Shown piece by piece: positions 47,004 through 56,807 of a DNA stretch of 64,000 nucleotides. The DNA lies in contig JAZNUB010000041.1 in NCBI GenBank assembly GCA_045592105.1, forward strand, positions 20,517 through 84,516, in the 5' to 3' direction. The position numbers and the translations under genes are program-made. Within the stretch, counting starts at the first letter, position 1; the number at the start of each line of letters is the position of its first letter. The DNA is from Eubacteriales bacterium (GTDB lineage Bacteria > Bacillota > Clostridia > Oscillospirales > CAG-382). The notes beneath the pieces were generated by a model, which was not told where the DNA came from, did no database searches, and saw only the letters and a program-made list of their open reading frames with translations.

Positions 47004-47441
47004 ATGGCAAATTGGAAATGGGCAGAAAAGCTTTTAGGTAAAGAAGAGGCTTATATAAGCGAAGAAGACGATGTAGAATACGGTGATGAGGGTTATGTGG
47101 ATACTCCCCGTGCAGCGGCACAGGAAGCTCCGCGTCAGACCAGCACTATATCCAGCTCTGCTTCCGCGGCGTTGGAGATGAAGATTGTTAAGCCCGAAAA
47201 GTTTGAGGACGTTACGGGTATAGCTGACCATCTGCTTGAAAAGCGCACCGTTGTGCTTAACCTTGAAAACACTAACAAAGAAACTATCAGGCGTATACTT
47301 GACTTCCTTACGGGTACTACCTACGCTATCGAGGGGAAGATAAAGCGCGCGGCTAACTCTACCTACGTTATCACACCCAAGAACGTGGACGTATCTGCTG
47401 ATTTGGAGCAGGCTCCTGCCGCACAGAAGGAACTTTATTAA
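47004..47441 (+). CDS. sepF: cell division protein SepF
   Basis: GGAGGA RBS. C-terminal DUF552 pattern KIVKPEKFEDVTGIADHLLEKRTVVLNLEN...DFLTGTTYAIEG. Confidence 0.88.
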   Translation: MANWKWAEKLLGKEEAYISEEDDVEYGDEGYVDTPRAAAQEAPRQTSTISSSASAALEMKIVKPEKFEDVTGIADHLLEKRTVVLNLENTNKETIRRILDFLTGTTYAIEGKIKRAANSTYVITPKNVDVSADLEQAPAAQKELY

Positions 47442-47452
47442 GGGTGAACTGA

Positions 47453-47728
47453 TTGTATAGAATAATGGCGTTTATTGCGCTTTGCGTTAGCGCATATATT
47501 ACGTTGACCTATTTGGCGCTTATGGTACGCGTTTTTATCGGGATATTTTCTGAGGGCAGCGGTGTTTTAGCCTCGTTTGTTTATACCGTTACCGAGCCGA
47601 TTTTAATCCCCATAAGGCAGAAGTTGGATAAAATTGAAATGTTGCAGGACATACCGCTGGATATATCGGTGTTTGTTGCGGCGATCATATTAATGGTACT
47701 GGGCATATTTTTGCCAAGCGTGGTATAG
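47453..47728 (+). CDS. yggT: YggT-family membrane protein
   Basis: Small 2-3 TM protein between sepF and divIVA. The start is uncertain (TTG at 47453 or ATG at 47465). Confidence 0.75.
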   Translation: MYRIMAFIALCVSAYITLTYLALMVRVFIGIFSEGSGVLASFVYTVTEPILIPIRQKLDKIEMLQDIPLDISVFVAAIILMVLGIFLPSVV

Positions 47729-47758
47729 TTTTGCGAAAAGGAAGGGGAAAGATTTGCA

Positions 47759-48493
47759 ATGTTAGCACCGCACGAGCTTAAAAATAAGGCTTTTTCCAAG
47801 GCAGTAAGAGGCTATAACCCTGCCGAGGTTGATGACCATATCGAGTTTTTGATAGAAAAATATACCGAGCTTTACCGTGAAAACGCAGAGCTTAACAGGA
47901 AGCTTAGAATTGTTGGCACAAAGCTTGATGAGATTAAGGACGAGGAGGAGTCTATCCGTAACACCCTTGTCGGCGCGCAGAAAATGGGCGAGAAAATCAT
48001 TAGAGATGCTAACGATAAGGCGGACCTTATTACGGGCTCTATTAAAGAGCGTTGTGATGCCGTTATTGCGGACTTTAAGCGCAGAATGGTTAAGGAAAAG
48101 GAAGAGATGTGGCTTATCCGCACCTCCGTTTTGGACTTCAAGCAGGACGTGTTTGACCTTTATCGCAAGCACATAGAGGAGCTTCAGGGTATAAACGTAA
48201 ACAGGCTTGAGGATATCGTGCTTCCTAACGAAAGCGCGATTGTTGAAAATATTTTAAGCGACGTTGCAGAGGCTGTTAAGAACGATAACGCCGCCGCGCT
48301 TATGGATGAGGAAAACGAGAATCTAAACCCCGTTTCGGAGCGGGCTGAGGCGGCTGCGGTTGATGCACCCGTGGCAGAGCCTGTTGCAACCCTTGCAACC
48401 GATGCTGATGCAGGCGGCAAGGCTGAAGCGGCTAATAATAACGACGATGAGGACTTTTTTATAAAAAGCCTTGAAAGCCTAAAGAACGAATAA
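47759..48493 (+). CDS. divIVA: DivIVA-domain protein
   Basis: N-terminal LAPHELKNKAFSKAVRGYNPAEVDDHIEFL followed by coiled coil. Confidence 0.88.
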   Translation: MLAPHELKNKAFSKAVRGYNPAEVDDHIEFLIEKYTELYRENAELNRKLRIVGTKLDEIKDEEESIRNTLVGAQKMGEKIIRDANDKADLITGSIKERCDAVIADFKRRMVKEKEEMWLIRTSVLDFKQDVFDLYRKHIEELQGINVNRLEDIVLPNESAIVENILSDVAEAVKNDNAAALMDEENENLNPVSERAEAAAVDAPVAEPVATLATDADAGGKAEAANNNDDEDFFIKSLESLKNE

Positions 48494-48548
48494 GGGGCTT
48501 TGCGGGCTGTATAGCCACAGTTAGGTGCTTTTTTATGAAGTGCTGATG

Positions 48549-48594
48549 CAGCCGTAGGCTTATGCGGGTATTGCCGCGCTTACGGCTGCTTTTC
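48549..48594 (+). terminator. rho-independent terminator
   Basis: gcagccgta (48549-48557) pairs with tacggctgc (48582-48590), followed by TTTT. Confidence 0.7.
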
Positions 48595-48655
48595 AACGAT
48601 TATATAATAGAAGAAAATACCAGTAATTTTACAGAAATACGAGGGGCTTTGGTTT

Positions 48656-51463
48656 ATGAAGGATTACAAGGATACACTTAATCTGCCGGGTACGGCGTTC
48701 CCCATGCGTGCAAGCCTGCCGCAGAAAGAACCCGAAATAAAGAAGCAATGGGACGAGATGCGTTTATATCAAAAGCTAATGGAAAATAACGAGGGTAAAA
48801 AGCCCTTCGTTATGCATGACGGCCCGCCCTATGCAAACGGCGATATGCATATAGGGCACGCTTTGAATAAATGCCTAAAGGATTTTATAATTAAAAGCAA
48901 GAATATGTCCGGCTACAAAGCTCCCTACATACACGGTTGGGACACGCACGGTCTGCCCATAGAGAACCAGATGATAAAGAAGCACGGCGTTAAGCGCGGT
49001 GCTATGGATGCTGTTGAGTTTAGGCGTCTTTGCGAGGGCTTTGCAAGGGACAACGTTGCAAGGCAGATGGGGCAGCAGCAGCGTCTTGGCGTTATAGGCG
49101 ATTGGGAGAACAGCTATCTAACGCTTATCCCGCTTTTCGAGGCGGAGCAGATTCGTATATTCGGCAAAATGCAGCAAAAGGGCTATATCTATAAGGGCTT
49201 AAAGCCTGTTTATTGGTGCCCTGCGGACGAAACCGCGCTTGCAGAGGCTGAAATAGAATACGCAGAGGACGAGTGCGATTCTATCTACGTTAAGTTCCGC
49301 GTAATTGATGACAAGGGGCTTATCACCCCCCACACAGGCACGCTGGACAACGTTTATTTCGTTATTTGGACCACCACTACGTGGACACTTCCGGGCAATG
49401 TTGCAATTTGCCTTAACGGCGAGTTTGAGTATGGGCTTTACAAAAGCGGTAACGAGTATTACATGCTTGCTTGCGAGCTCGCGGAGCAGGTTGCAAAGGT
49501 TTGCGGCATAGAAGTAGAGCTTGTTGCAAAGTTCAAGGGCAGCGAGCTTGAATATATAAGAACGGCACACCCCTTTATCGAGCGTGAAAGCCTTGTTATC
49601 AACGGTGAGCACGTTACGCTTGAAAGCGGTACGGGCTGTGTTCACACCGCGCCCGGCCACGGTATGGAGGACTTTGCGGTTTGCAAAAACTATAAGGAGC
49701 TTGATATAATAGTTCCCGTTGATTCTCGCGGCCGTCTTACTGCGCTTGCAGGCAAGTACGAGGGCTTGAAGACCGCAGAAGCTAACGTTGAGATATTAAA
49801 GGATATAAAGGAAAGCGGCGCGCTTCTTGCTACCCAGCATATAAGCCATACCTATCCGCATTGCTGGCGTTGTAAGAACCCCGTTATCTTCCGCGCAACA
49901 GAGCAGTGGTTCTGCTCCGTAAACGATTTCAAGAAGGAAGCGCTTGAGGCTATCAAGAACGTGCGCTGGATACCCGGCTGGGGGCAGGCACGCATTGAAA
50001 GCATGGTTGGCGACAGGGCGGATTGGTGTATCTCCCGCCAGCGCAAATGGGGCGTTCCGATACCGATTTTCTATTGTGAGGACTGTGGCGAGCCTATAAT
50101 CAACGCCGAAACGATAGAGCGTATTGCGAAAGCGTTTGAAGAAGAAGGCTCTATCGCTTGGTGCAACAAAACGCCCGAGCAGCTAATTGGCGACCTTGCC
50201 GTTTGCCCTAAGTGCGGCTGTAAGCACCTTAAGGCAGAGCAGGATATTATGGACGTTTGGTTTGACAGCGGCTCTTCCTACGCCTACGTTCTTGACCATT
50301 TTAAGGACCATTCCTTCCCTGCGGACGTGTATCTTGAGGGTAACGACCAGTATAGGGGCTGGTTCCAATCCTCCTTGCTTACCTCCGTGGCAACAAGGGG
50401 CGTTGCACCCTATAAAACCGTTATTACGCACGGTATGGTTGTTGACGGTGAGGGCAAGAAGATGTCCAAATCCCTTGGCAACGGCGTAGACCCCTTGCAG
50501 GTTTGCGATACCTACGGTGCAGATGTGCTTCGTCTTTGGGCTTCCTCCGTTGAGTATACGGGTGAGGTTAGAATAAGCCCTGAGATACTAAAGCAGCTTT
50601 CCGAGATATACCGTAAGATAAGAAACACGCTTCGTATACTTATGGCAAACCTCGGCACGCCCGAAACGGATTTTGACCCCAACCGCGATATGGTTGCGCC
50701 TGAAGCGCTTGACGATATTGATAAGTGGGCACTTTCCCGTCTTAACGGCTTGTGCGGCAGAGTTTGCAAGGCGTTTGAGAATTACGAGTTCCACACCATT
50801 TACCACGATTTGCACAATTTCTGCACCATAGATATGTCTAAGCTGTATATAGACATAACTAAGGACAGGCTGTATTGCGAAAAGAAGGACAGCGTTCTTC
50901 GCCGCGGTACGCAAACCGTTATGTATCTTGTGCTTAACGCACTTATCCGCCTTATCGCGCCGATACTTTCCTATACGGCAGAGGAGGCTTGGGGCTATAT
51001 TGCACACAGAGAAGGCGATAACAAGGAAAGCGTTTTCTTTAACGATATGCCTAACGAGCAGGCAGGCTACTCCTTCCCCAAGGAAGAGGAGCATTTTAAC
51101 GCTTTGTTTGCCGTGCGTGACGATGTTATGAAGGCGCTTGAGATAGCGCGTGCAGAAAAACGCATTGGTAAATCCTTGGAGGCGGCAATAACCGTTTACG
51201 GTGCTGACGATAACAAGGCAATGCAGTTGTTTAAAGAGTTTGAAAAGGATTTAAAAACTATATTTATAGTTTCTAACGTTAAGCTTTCGGCAGAAAACGC
51301 ACCCGAAGGCGCGTTTACCGAAACGCAAAGCGGCATTGCCGTTTCCGTAGAGAGCGCAACGGGTGACAAATGCGTTCGCTGCTGGATGTTTACGGACGGT
51401 GCCGAAAAGGATAGCGATGGGCAGGCGCTTTGCCCGCGCTGTAAGTCTGTTATGGCGGACTAA
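48656..51463 (+). CDS. ileS: isoleucine--tRNA ligase
   Basis: 935 aa. PPYANGDMHIGHALNK (HIGH), KMSKSLGN (KMSKS), C-terminal CVRCW...CPRC zinc finger. Confidence 0.97.
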   Translation: MKDYKDTLNLPGTAFPMRASLPQKEPEIKKQWDEMRLYQKLMENNEGKKPFVMHDGPPYANGDMHIGHALNKCLKDFIIKSKNMSGYKAPYIHGWDTHGLPIENQMIKKHGVKRGAMDAVEFRRLCEGFARDNVARQMGQQQRLGVIGDWENSYLTLIPLFEAEQIRIFGKMQQKGYIYKGLKPVYWCPADETALAEAEIEYAEDECDSIYVKFRVIDDKGLITPHTGTLDNVYFVIWTTTTWTLPGNVAICLNGEFEYGLYKSGNEYYMLACELAEQVAKVCGIEVELVAKFKGSELEYIRTAHPFIERESLVINGEHVTLESGTGCVHTAPGHGMEDFAVCKNYKELDIIVPVDSRGRLTALAGKYEGLKTAEANVEILKDIKESGALLATQHISHTYPHCWRCKNPVIFRATEQWFCSVNDFKKEALEAIKNVRWIPGWGQARIESMVGDRADWCISRQRKWGVPIPIFYCEDCGEPIINAETIERIAKAFEEEGSIAWCNKTPEQLIGDLAVCPKCGCKHLKAEQDIMDVWFDSGSSYAYVLDHFKDHSFPADVYLEGNDQYRGWFQSSLLTSVATRGVAPYKTVITHGMVVDGEGKKMSKSLGNGVDPLQVCDTYGADVLRLWASSVEYTGEVRISPEILKQLSEIYRKIRNTLRILMANLGTPETDFDPNRDMVAPEALDDIDKWALSRLNGLCGRVCKAFENYEFHTIYHDLHNFCTIDMSKLYIDITKDRLYCEKKDSVLRRGTQTVMYLVLNALIRLIAPILSYTAEEAWGYIAHREGDNKESVFFNDMPNEQAGYSFPKEEEHFNALFAVRDDVMKALEIARAEKRIGKSLEAAITVYGADDNKAMQLFKEFEKDLKTIFIVSNVKLSAENAPEGAFTETQSGIAVSVESATGDKCVRCWMFTDGAEKDSDGQALCPRCKSVMAD

Positions 51464-51487
51464 TTTAGTAATTTATGCATATAGGGG

Positions 51488-52024
51488 GTGAAGCAGGTGC
51501 TTTGTGCATTGATAATACTTGCTGTTGTTGTTGCAGACCAAGTAAGCAAGGCGATAGTTGTTGCCAAGCTTGATATGGGGGAGAGCACCGGTTTTATTCC
51601 CTATATTTTAAGCTTTTGCCGTAGCGAGAATACGGGGATGGCTTGGGGTATGCTAAAGAACCACCGTTGGGTGTTTTTAACGCTTTCGATAGTGGCGCTT
51701 GTTGGCTTTGGCATTTTGTATTACAAAACCAAAAAGCCGCACATCCTTTATACAATATCCATGGCATTTATCCTCGGCGGCGGTGTTGGCAATATGATAG
51801 ACAGGCTTTTTAGGCAGGGTGTAAACACCTCCCAAAACGCCGTTGTTGATTTTTTAAAGTTCGAGTTTATCGATTTCCCCATATTCAACGTGGCAGATGC
51901 GTTTATTACCGTTGGCACGGTTTTGATATTTGTGTATCTTTTGTTCTATGACAAAAAGCAGGAGTATCCTTTGTTCTTTGACGTGAAGAAGGAAGCAAAA
52001 GCAGATGAGCAAGCAGATATATGA
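51488..52024 (+). CDS. lspA: signal peptidase II
   Basis: DQVSK, NTGMAWG and FNVADAFITVG motifs. Non-ATG (GTG) start. Confidence 0.88.
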   Translation: MKQVLCALIILAVVVADQVSKAIVVAKLDMGESTGFIPYILSFCRSENTGMAWGMLKNHRWVFLTLSIVALVGFGILYYKTKKPHILYTISMAFILGGGVGNMIDRLFRQGVNTSQNAVVDFLKFEFIDFPIFNVADAFITVGTVLIFVYLLFYDKKQEYPLFFDVKKEAKADEQADI

Positions 52025-52925
52025 GGAGCTTTGCTTTGTAGCGGAAGCAGAGGATAACGGCGAACGGTTGGATGTTTTCGTGTCCACCGCGGCGGATATA
52101 AGCCGCGCACGCGCACAAGCGCTTATAGATGGCGGTGCCGTTACGGTAAACGACGTTGCTGTGCCCAAGCGCACGCGCCTTAAAGCGGGTGACAGCGTTA
52201 GGGTAAATATGCCGCCCCCGCAGGAGCTTTGCGCGGTGGCGCAGGATATACCCATAGAGGTTGTTTATGAGGACGAGGATTTGCTTGTTGTAAACAAGCC
52301 GCAGGGTATGGTGGTGCATCCCGCCCCGGGCAACCCTGACGGTACGCTGGTAAACGCCTTGCTTTACTACCTTGGAGATAGGCTTTCAACTATAAACGGC
52401 GTGCTTCGCCCGGGGATAGTTCACCGTATTGATAAGGACACGGCGGGGCTTTTGATAGTTGCCAAAAACGATGCCGCGCACACAAGCCTTGCTTCACAGA
52501 TAGAGAAGCACAGCTTTAGCCGCTGTTACGAGGCGGTTATTCGCGGCCATTTAAAGGACAAGCAAGGTACTGTGAACGCTCCCATAGCTCGCCATAGAAC
52601 GGATAGGAAGCGTATGGCGATAGTGAACGGTGGGCGTGGCGCCATAACACATTACAGCCTTATAGACGAATACAAGGGCTACAGCCATATAAGGCTACAG
52701 CTTGAAACAGGCAGAACTCATCAGATAAGGGTACACATGGCACATATAGGCCACCCCGTTGTTGGCGACCCTGTTTACGGCGGCGGAACGTTGCCGTGCC
52801 TTAACGGGCAATGCTTGTTTGCAAAGCATATAGGCTTTAGCCACCCAACAAGCGGCAAGTGGCTGGAGTTTGAGGCAGAGCTGCCTCGGTTTTTTAACAA
52901 CGTTTTAGATTATATTAATAAATAG
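52005..52925 (+). CDS. rluD: RluA-family 23S rRNA pseudouridine synthase
   Basis: S4 domain (RLDVFVS), HRIDKDTAGLLIVAKN catalytic Asp motif, GRTHQIRVH. Confidence 0.9.
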   Translation: MSKQIYEELCFVAEAEDNGERLDVFVSTAADISRARAQALIDGGAVTVNDVAVPKRTRLKAGDSVRVNMPPPQELCAVAQDIPIEVVYEDEDLLVVNKPQGMVVHPAPGNPDGTLVNALLYYLGDRLSTINGVLRPGIVHRIDKDTAGLLIVAKNDAAHTSLASQIEKHSFSRCYEAVIRGHLKDKQGTVNAPIARHRTDRKRMAIVNGGRGAITHYSLIDEYKGYSHIRLQLETGRTHQIRVHMAHIGHPVVGDPVYGGGTLPCLNGQCLFAKHIGFSHPTSGKWLEFEAELPRFFNNVLDYINK

Positions 52926-52933
52926 TCTTATTT

Positions 52934-53794
52934 TTGCGGAGGAGTTTTATGGAAAACCAGAAATTTCTTGCAGAGCGCGCGGCTAAAATGCGCTGTCTGC
53001 TTGTAAAAGCACTTCACAAAGCAGGTTCGGGCCATCCCGGCGGTTCTCTTTCTTGTGCAGATATCGTTACATATCTTTATTTCAACAAGATGAACGTATC
53101 GCCGGAAACAGCAAAATCCCCCGACAGGGATAGGTTTGTTATGTCCAAAGGGCACGCTTGCCCCGCATTGTATGCGGCGCTTGCTATGCGCGGCTTCTTT
53201 AATGAGGAGGAGCTTTGGCATCTAAGAACAAACGGGGGCTTGCTTCAGGGGCATCCCGATATGCACCGTATCAACGGTATAGATATGTCTACGGGCTCTC
53301 TCGGTCAGGGCATCTCCGCCGCTTGCGGCATTGCCGTAGCAGGCAAGGTGGACGGTAAGAGCTACCGCACCTACACCATACTTGGTGACGGTGAGATACA
53401 GGAAGGTCAGGTTTGGGAGGCGGCTATGTTTGCCGCACACTACAAGCTTGATAAGCTTACCGCTTTTGTGGATTACAACGGCTTGCAGATAGATGGTGAC
53501 GTGCATCAGGTTATGAGCCCTGCACCCATAGATGAAAAGTTCCGCGCTTTCGGCTGGCACGTTCAGGTTATAGACGGCCACAGCTTTGAGGAAATAGACA
53601 ACGCCGTTACCGCCGCAGAGCAGGTTACGGACAAGCCCTCCGCAATAATATGCCGTACCGTAAAGGGCAAGGGCGTTTCCTTTATGGAAAACAACGCTTC
53701 TTGGCACGGCAAGGCTCCTAATAAAGAGCAGTACGCGATAGCCGAAGCAGAGCTTGAGGCGGCACATCAAAAGGCAAAGGAGGCACTTAACTAA
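52934..53794 (+). CDS. transketolase, N-terminal (TPP-binding) subunit
   Basis: GSGHPGGSLS and ILGDGEIQEGQVWEA motifs. Split-type transketolase. Confidence 0.9.
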   Translation: MRRSFMENQKFLAERAAKMRCLLVKALHKAGSGHPGGSLSCADIVTYLYFNKMNVSPETAKSPDRDRFVMSKGHACPALYAALAMRGFFNEEELWHLRTNGGLLQGHPDMHRINGIDMSTGSLGQGISAACGIAVAGKVDGKSYRTYTILGDGEIQEGQVWEAAMFAAHYKLDKLTAFVDYNGLQIDGDVHQVMSPAPIDEKFRAFGWHVQVIDGHSFEEIDNAVTAAEQVTDKPSAIICRTVKGKGVSFMENNASWHGKAPNKEQYAIAEAELEAAHQKAKEALN

Positions 53795-54720
53795 TGGAAA
53801 AGCAAGCTACAAGAATGGCTTATGGTCAGGCGCTTTGCGACCTTGGCGAAAAGTATGATTTTATAGTAATGGATGCCGACCTTTCCGGCTCTACCCAAAC
53901 GGGTATGTTTGCTAAAAAGTTCCCCGAAAGGTTCTTCAACTGCGGCATAGCGGAGCAGAATATGCTTTCCGTTGCGGCAGGCATCGCTACCACGGGCAAG
54001 CCCGTTTTCGTGTCCTCGTTTGCAATGTTTGCAGTAGGCAGAGCATACGAGCAGATACGCAACTCCGTTTGTTATCCCTCGCTTAACGTGAAGATCTGCG
54101 CTTCGCACGCAGGCGTTACCGTTGGTGAGGACGGTGCTACCCACCAGTATTGTGAGGATTTGGGCGTGCTTCGCACTATCCCCGGTCTTACCGTTATCAG
54201 CCCTGCGGACGCGGTAGAGGCTTATGCCGCTATCGAGGCTGTGCTTAAGATGGACGGCCCCGTTTACGTTCGCCTTGGCAGATACTCCGTTCCCGTTGTA
54301 TTTGATAAGGAAACCTATAAGTTCCAAGCGGGCAAGGCTGTTCCCGTTTGCGATGGGGACGATGCCGTTGTTTTTGCTACGGGTATAATGCTTGCGGCGG
54401 CGCTTGAGGCAAAGGATATACTTGCCGCAGAAGGCATCAATATCTCCGTTGTAAACGTACACACTATTAAACCCATAGATAAAGAAACCGTTGTTAAGTA
54501 CGCCACCAAAACGGGCAGAGTTGTTACCGCAGAGGAGCATACTATCGTTGGCGGCCTTGGCAGTGCCGTTGCAGAGGTGCTTAGCGAAAACGCTCCCACC
54601 CGTATGAAGCGCGTTGGTATGAACGATTGCTTTGGCAGAAGTGCCCCCGCAGGCGAGCTGCTTGATTTTTATAAGCTTAACGCGGCAGGCATTGTTGCGG
54701 CTGTTAAGGAGTTGATGTAG
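53794..54720 (+). CDS. transketolase, C-terminal (pyrimidine-binding) subunit
   Basis: FFNCGIAEQNM motif. Start overlaps the stop codon of the N-terminal subunit. Confidence 0.9.
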   Translation: MEKQATRMAYGQALCDLGEKYDFIVMDADLSGSTQTGMFAKKFPERFFNCGIAEQNMLSVAAGIATTGKPVFVSSFAMFAVGRAYEQIRNSVCYPSLNVKICASHAGVTVGEDGATHQYCEDLGVLRTIPGLTVISPADAVEAYAAIEAVLKMDGPVYVRLGRYSVPVVFDKETYKFQAGKAVPVCDGDDAVVFATGIMLAAALEAKDILAAEGINISVVNVHTIKPIDKETVVKYATKTGRVVTAEEHTIVGGLGSAVAEVLSENAPTRMKRVGMNDCFGRSAPAGELLDFYKLNAAGIVAAVKELM

Positions 54721-54724
54721 CACT

Positions 54725-55441
54725 ATGAGTAAGAAGCCACTTATAGGTTTGTTCCCCTCCTATGACGAAAAAGAGCTACAGCAAACGGTTTATATGCGCT
54801 ACGTTCGTGCTATACAGCGTGCAGGCGGTGCGCCATTCGTTTTGCCTTTAACAGAAGATGTGGCTGTTATGCAGCGTATGGTGGAGGCTTGCGACGGTGT
54901 TCTGTTTACGGGTGGGGACGATATGCACCCCCGCTATTACGGCTGTTGCTTGCATGAGCATTGCGGCGAGCTTGCGCTTGTTAGAGATAAGGCTGAGGTT
55001 ATCTTTGCTAACGAGTTTTTAAAAACGGATAAGCCCTTCCTTGGCATTTGCAGAGGTATACAGTTTATAAATGTAATGTACGGCGGCACTTTGTATCAGG
55101 ATATACCGGCAGAATTTAAGGCGGGCTGTATCCACCGCCAGCCAAGACCTTTTAACGTGCCTTTCCACGAGGTAAAGCTAACGAAAGGCGGCAGACTTGC
55201 CGAGATTTGCGGTGCGGAAACGATACAGGTAAACAGTATGCACCACCAAAGCGTTAAAAAGCTGGGCGCGGGGCTTGTGGCAGAAGGCTATGCGCCGGAC
55301 GGTGTTTTTGAAGCCTTGTCCGCTACCGACCGCGAGTATGGCATAGGCGTACAGTGGCATCCGGAGCATCTTGTGGAAAAGGATAACGAAGCGGCACTTA
55401 GGATATTCACAAGCTTTATAGAAGCCGCAACCACAAAATAG
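54725..55441 (+). CDS. gamma-glutamyl-GABA hydrolase-family class I amidotransferase (peptidase C26)
   Basis: GICRGIQFINV nucleophile elbow and VQWHPE His motif. Confidence 0.85.
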   Translation: MSKKPLIGLFPSYDEKELQQTVYMRYVRAIQRAGGAPFVLPLTEDVAVMQRMVEACDGVLFTGGDDMHPRYYGCCLHEHCGELALVRDKAEVIFANEFLKTDKPFLGICRGIQFINVMYGGTLYQDIPAEFKAGCIHRQPRPFNVPFHEVKLTKGGRLAEICGAETIQVNSMHHQSVKKLGAGLVAEGYAPDGVFEALSATDREYGIGVQWHPEHLVEKDNEAALRIFTSFIEAATTK

Positions 55442-55529
55442 ATTAATAATGAAAAAACGTTTGGGTATCATAAATATCCAAGCGTTTTTTGTTGCGTTTG
55501 CTATTGACAATAGCTGGCAACGTGTGTTA

Positions 55530-55778
55530 TTACTTTTCTGTTTTGTCAAAAAGCTCTTCGATAGAAACCCCTAAAGCTTTAGCAAGCCCATAAAGTTCAA
55601 TGTCTGTAACCGTGCGTTGCTTGTCTTCTATGCGAGATATAGAGCCGCGACATATATAAATCGCGTAGGTTTCCAGTTTGTTCGATAGAGCTTGTTGACT
55701 CATCTTAGCTTGTATTCTAAGACTACGCACCCTGTCACCTACTATGTTCATTGCGTTACCGTCAATTATTCTTGCCAT
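55530..55778 (-). CDS. XRE-family transcriptional regulator
   Basis: Start moved to MARIIDGN (GGAGTG RBS). LRIQAKMSQQALSNKL HTH_3 pattern. Confidence 0.8.
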   Translation of the reverse strand: MARIIDGNAMNIVGDRVRSLRIQAKMSQQALSNKLETYAIYICRGSISRIEDKQRTVTDIELYGLAKALGVSIEELFDKTEK

Positions 55779-55800
55779 TACCATCACTCCGTATATAATT

Positions 55801-55870
55801 TTTGTCTTGACACAGGACAAATATTATGATATTATAAACACAAATCAAATTTGTCCTATCACAGGACAAA
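55801..55870. promoter_or_regulatory. two palindromic operators in the divergent XRE / zinc-ribbon intergenic region
   Basis: tttgtcttgacacaggacaaa (55801-55821) and tttgtcctatcacaggacaaa (55850-55870). The second has perfect 8-bp arms TTTGTCCT/AGGACAAA. Confidence 0.65.
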
Positions 55871-55907
55871 AGTTTGAAATTTATAATAAAAAACGGAGGA
55901 CAAATGA

Positions 55908-56621
55908 ATGAAATGTGAGAAGTGTGGTCAAATAACGGAAAGTGCGTCGGAGCTTTGCCCAAATTGCGGAGAAAAAATCGAGATTGTTGAGGAGAGTGAA
56001 TGCTGTAAAACAAATAACAACAAAAAAACAATTCTTATATGTGCGGGAATTGCAACAAGCGTGGTGTTAATAGTAATAATTGCAGGTTTATTTATTGGTG
56101 GTATATTCAGCAAAAAAGATGGCATTGATGAAGCTATCGAACGGTTCATAGACATTGGTGTGTATTTTGAGTGCGACAAAGATAAGATAATGGCTATGGC
56201 TCCCAGCCAATTTTGGAGAGCAGCTGATATAATGGTAGGACGTGGAGAAGCATATCGTAAAGTCAAAGAAGAGCTAGAAATGGAAAGAAAATTGAAAGAT
56301 ACGGACCCGTACTGGAAAAAGCTTAAGGTTGATTGGGAAATAAATTACCTAACAACGTTATCTGTAGAAGAATGTAGGAATATCGAAAAAGAATTTGAAA
56401 GCAAACATGGAATTGAATATAGTGCAATCGATGAAGCTTATTCTTTTACTCTTGAAGTGGAGCTCACCTTTGAAGAAGAGGTTGCTCGTTATGATTTTGA
56501 CCTTTATGCTATCAAAATGGATGATAATTGGTATCTTGCTTATATTGAAGAGGGGTATCGAGATAATGACGATGAAATTTGTTGGTTTATTGAAGACTTT
56601 ATGTGGTTTCTAACTTGGTAA
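55908..56621 (+). CDS. zinc-ribbon membrane protein
   Basis: MKCEKCGQ...CPNCG zinc ribbon, one TM helix (ILICAGIATSVVLIVIIAGLFIGGIF), acidic C-terminal domain. Confidence 0.7.
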   Translation: MKCEKCGQITESASELCPNCGEKIEIVEESECCKTNNNKKTILICAGIATSVVLIVIIAGLFIGGIFSKKDGIDEAIERFIDIGVYFECDKDKIMAMAPSQFWRAADIMVGRGEAYRKVKEELEMERKLKDTDPYWKKLKVDWEINYLTTLSVEECRNIEKEFESKHGIEYSAIDEAYSFTLEVELTFEEEVARYDFDLYAIKMDDNWYLAYIEEGYRDNDDEICWFIEDFMWFLTW

Positions 56622-56711
56622 TAATTAACCGAAATACAACAACGAAAAAATGCACATAAAAAGTGGTAGAACAAAACGCGTATTGTTCTACCGCTTTTTG
56701 TTGAAAATATA

Positions 56712-56788
56712 TTGACAATAGCTGCCAACGTGTGTATAATAAACACAATATTGTGCGTGGTGCGGCGGTACGCCACTATATATTGCGT
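56712..56788 (+). promoter_or_regulatory. nrdG promoter with two NrdR-box-like palindromes
   Basis: TTGACA (56712-56717), 17 nt, TATAAT (56735-56740). Boxes are acacaatattgtgcgt (56743-56758) and ccactatatattgcgt (56773-56788), resembling the acaCwAtATaTwGtgt NrdR consensus. Confidence 0.6.
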
Positions 56789-56807
56789 TAAGCTTGGAGA
56801 ATGAGAT

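Noticed and set aside
48494-48655. Expected T-box leader upstream of ileS.
   Set aside because: The intergenic region is only about 160 nt. It contains a divIVA terminator hairpin, no recognisable T-box sequence (AATTAGGGTGGTACCGCG-like) and no specifier-loop architecture.
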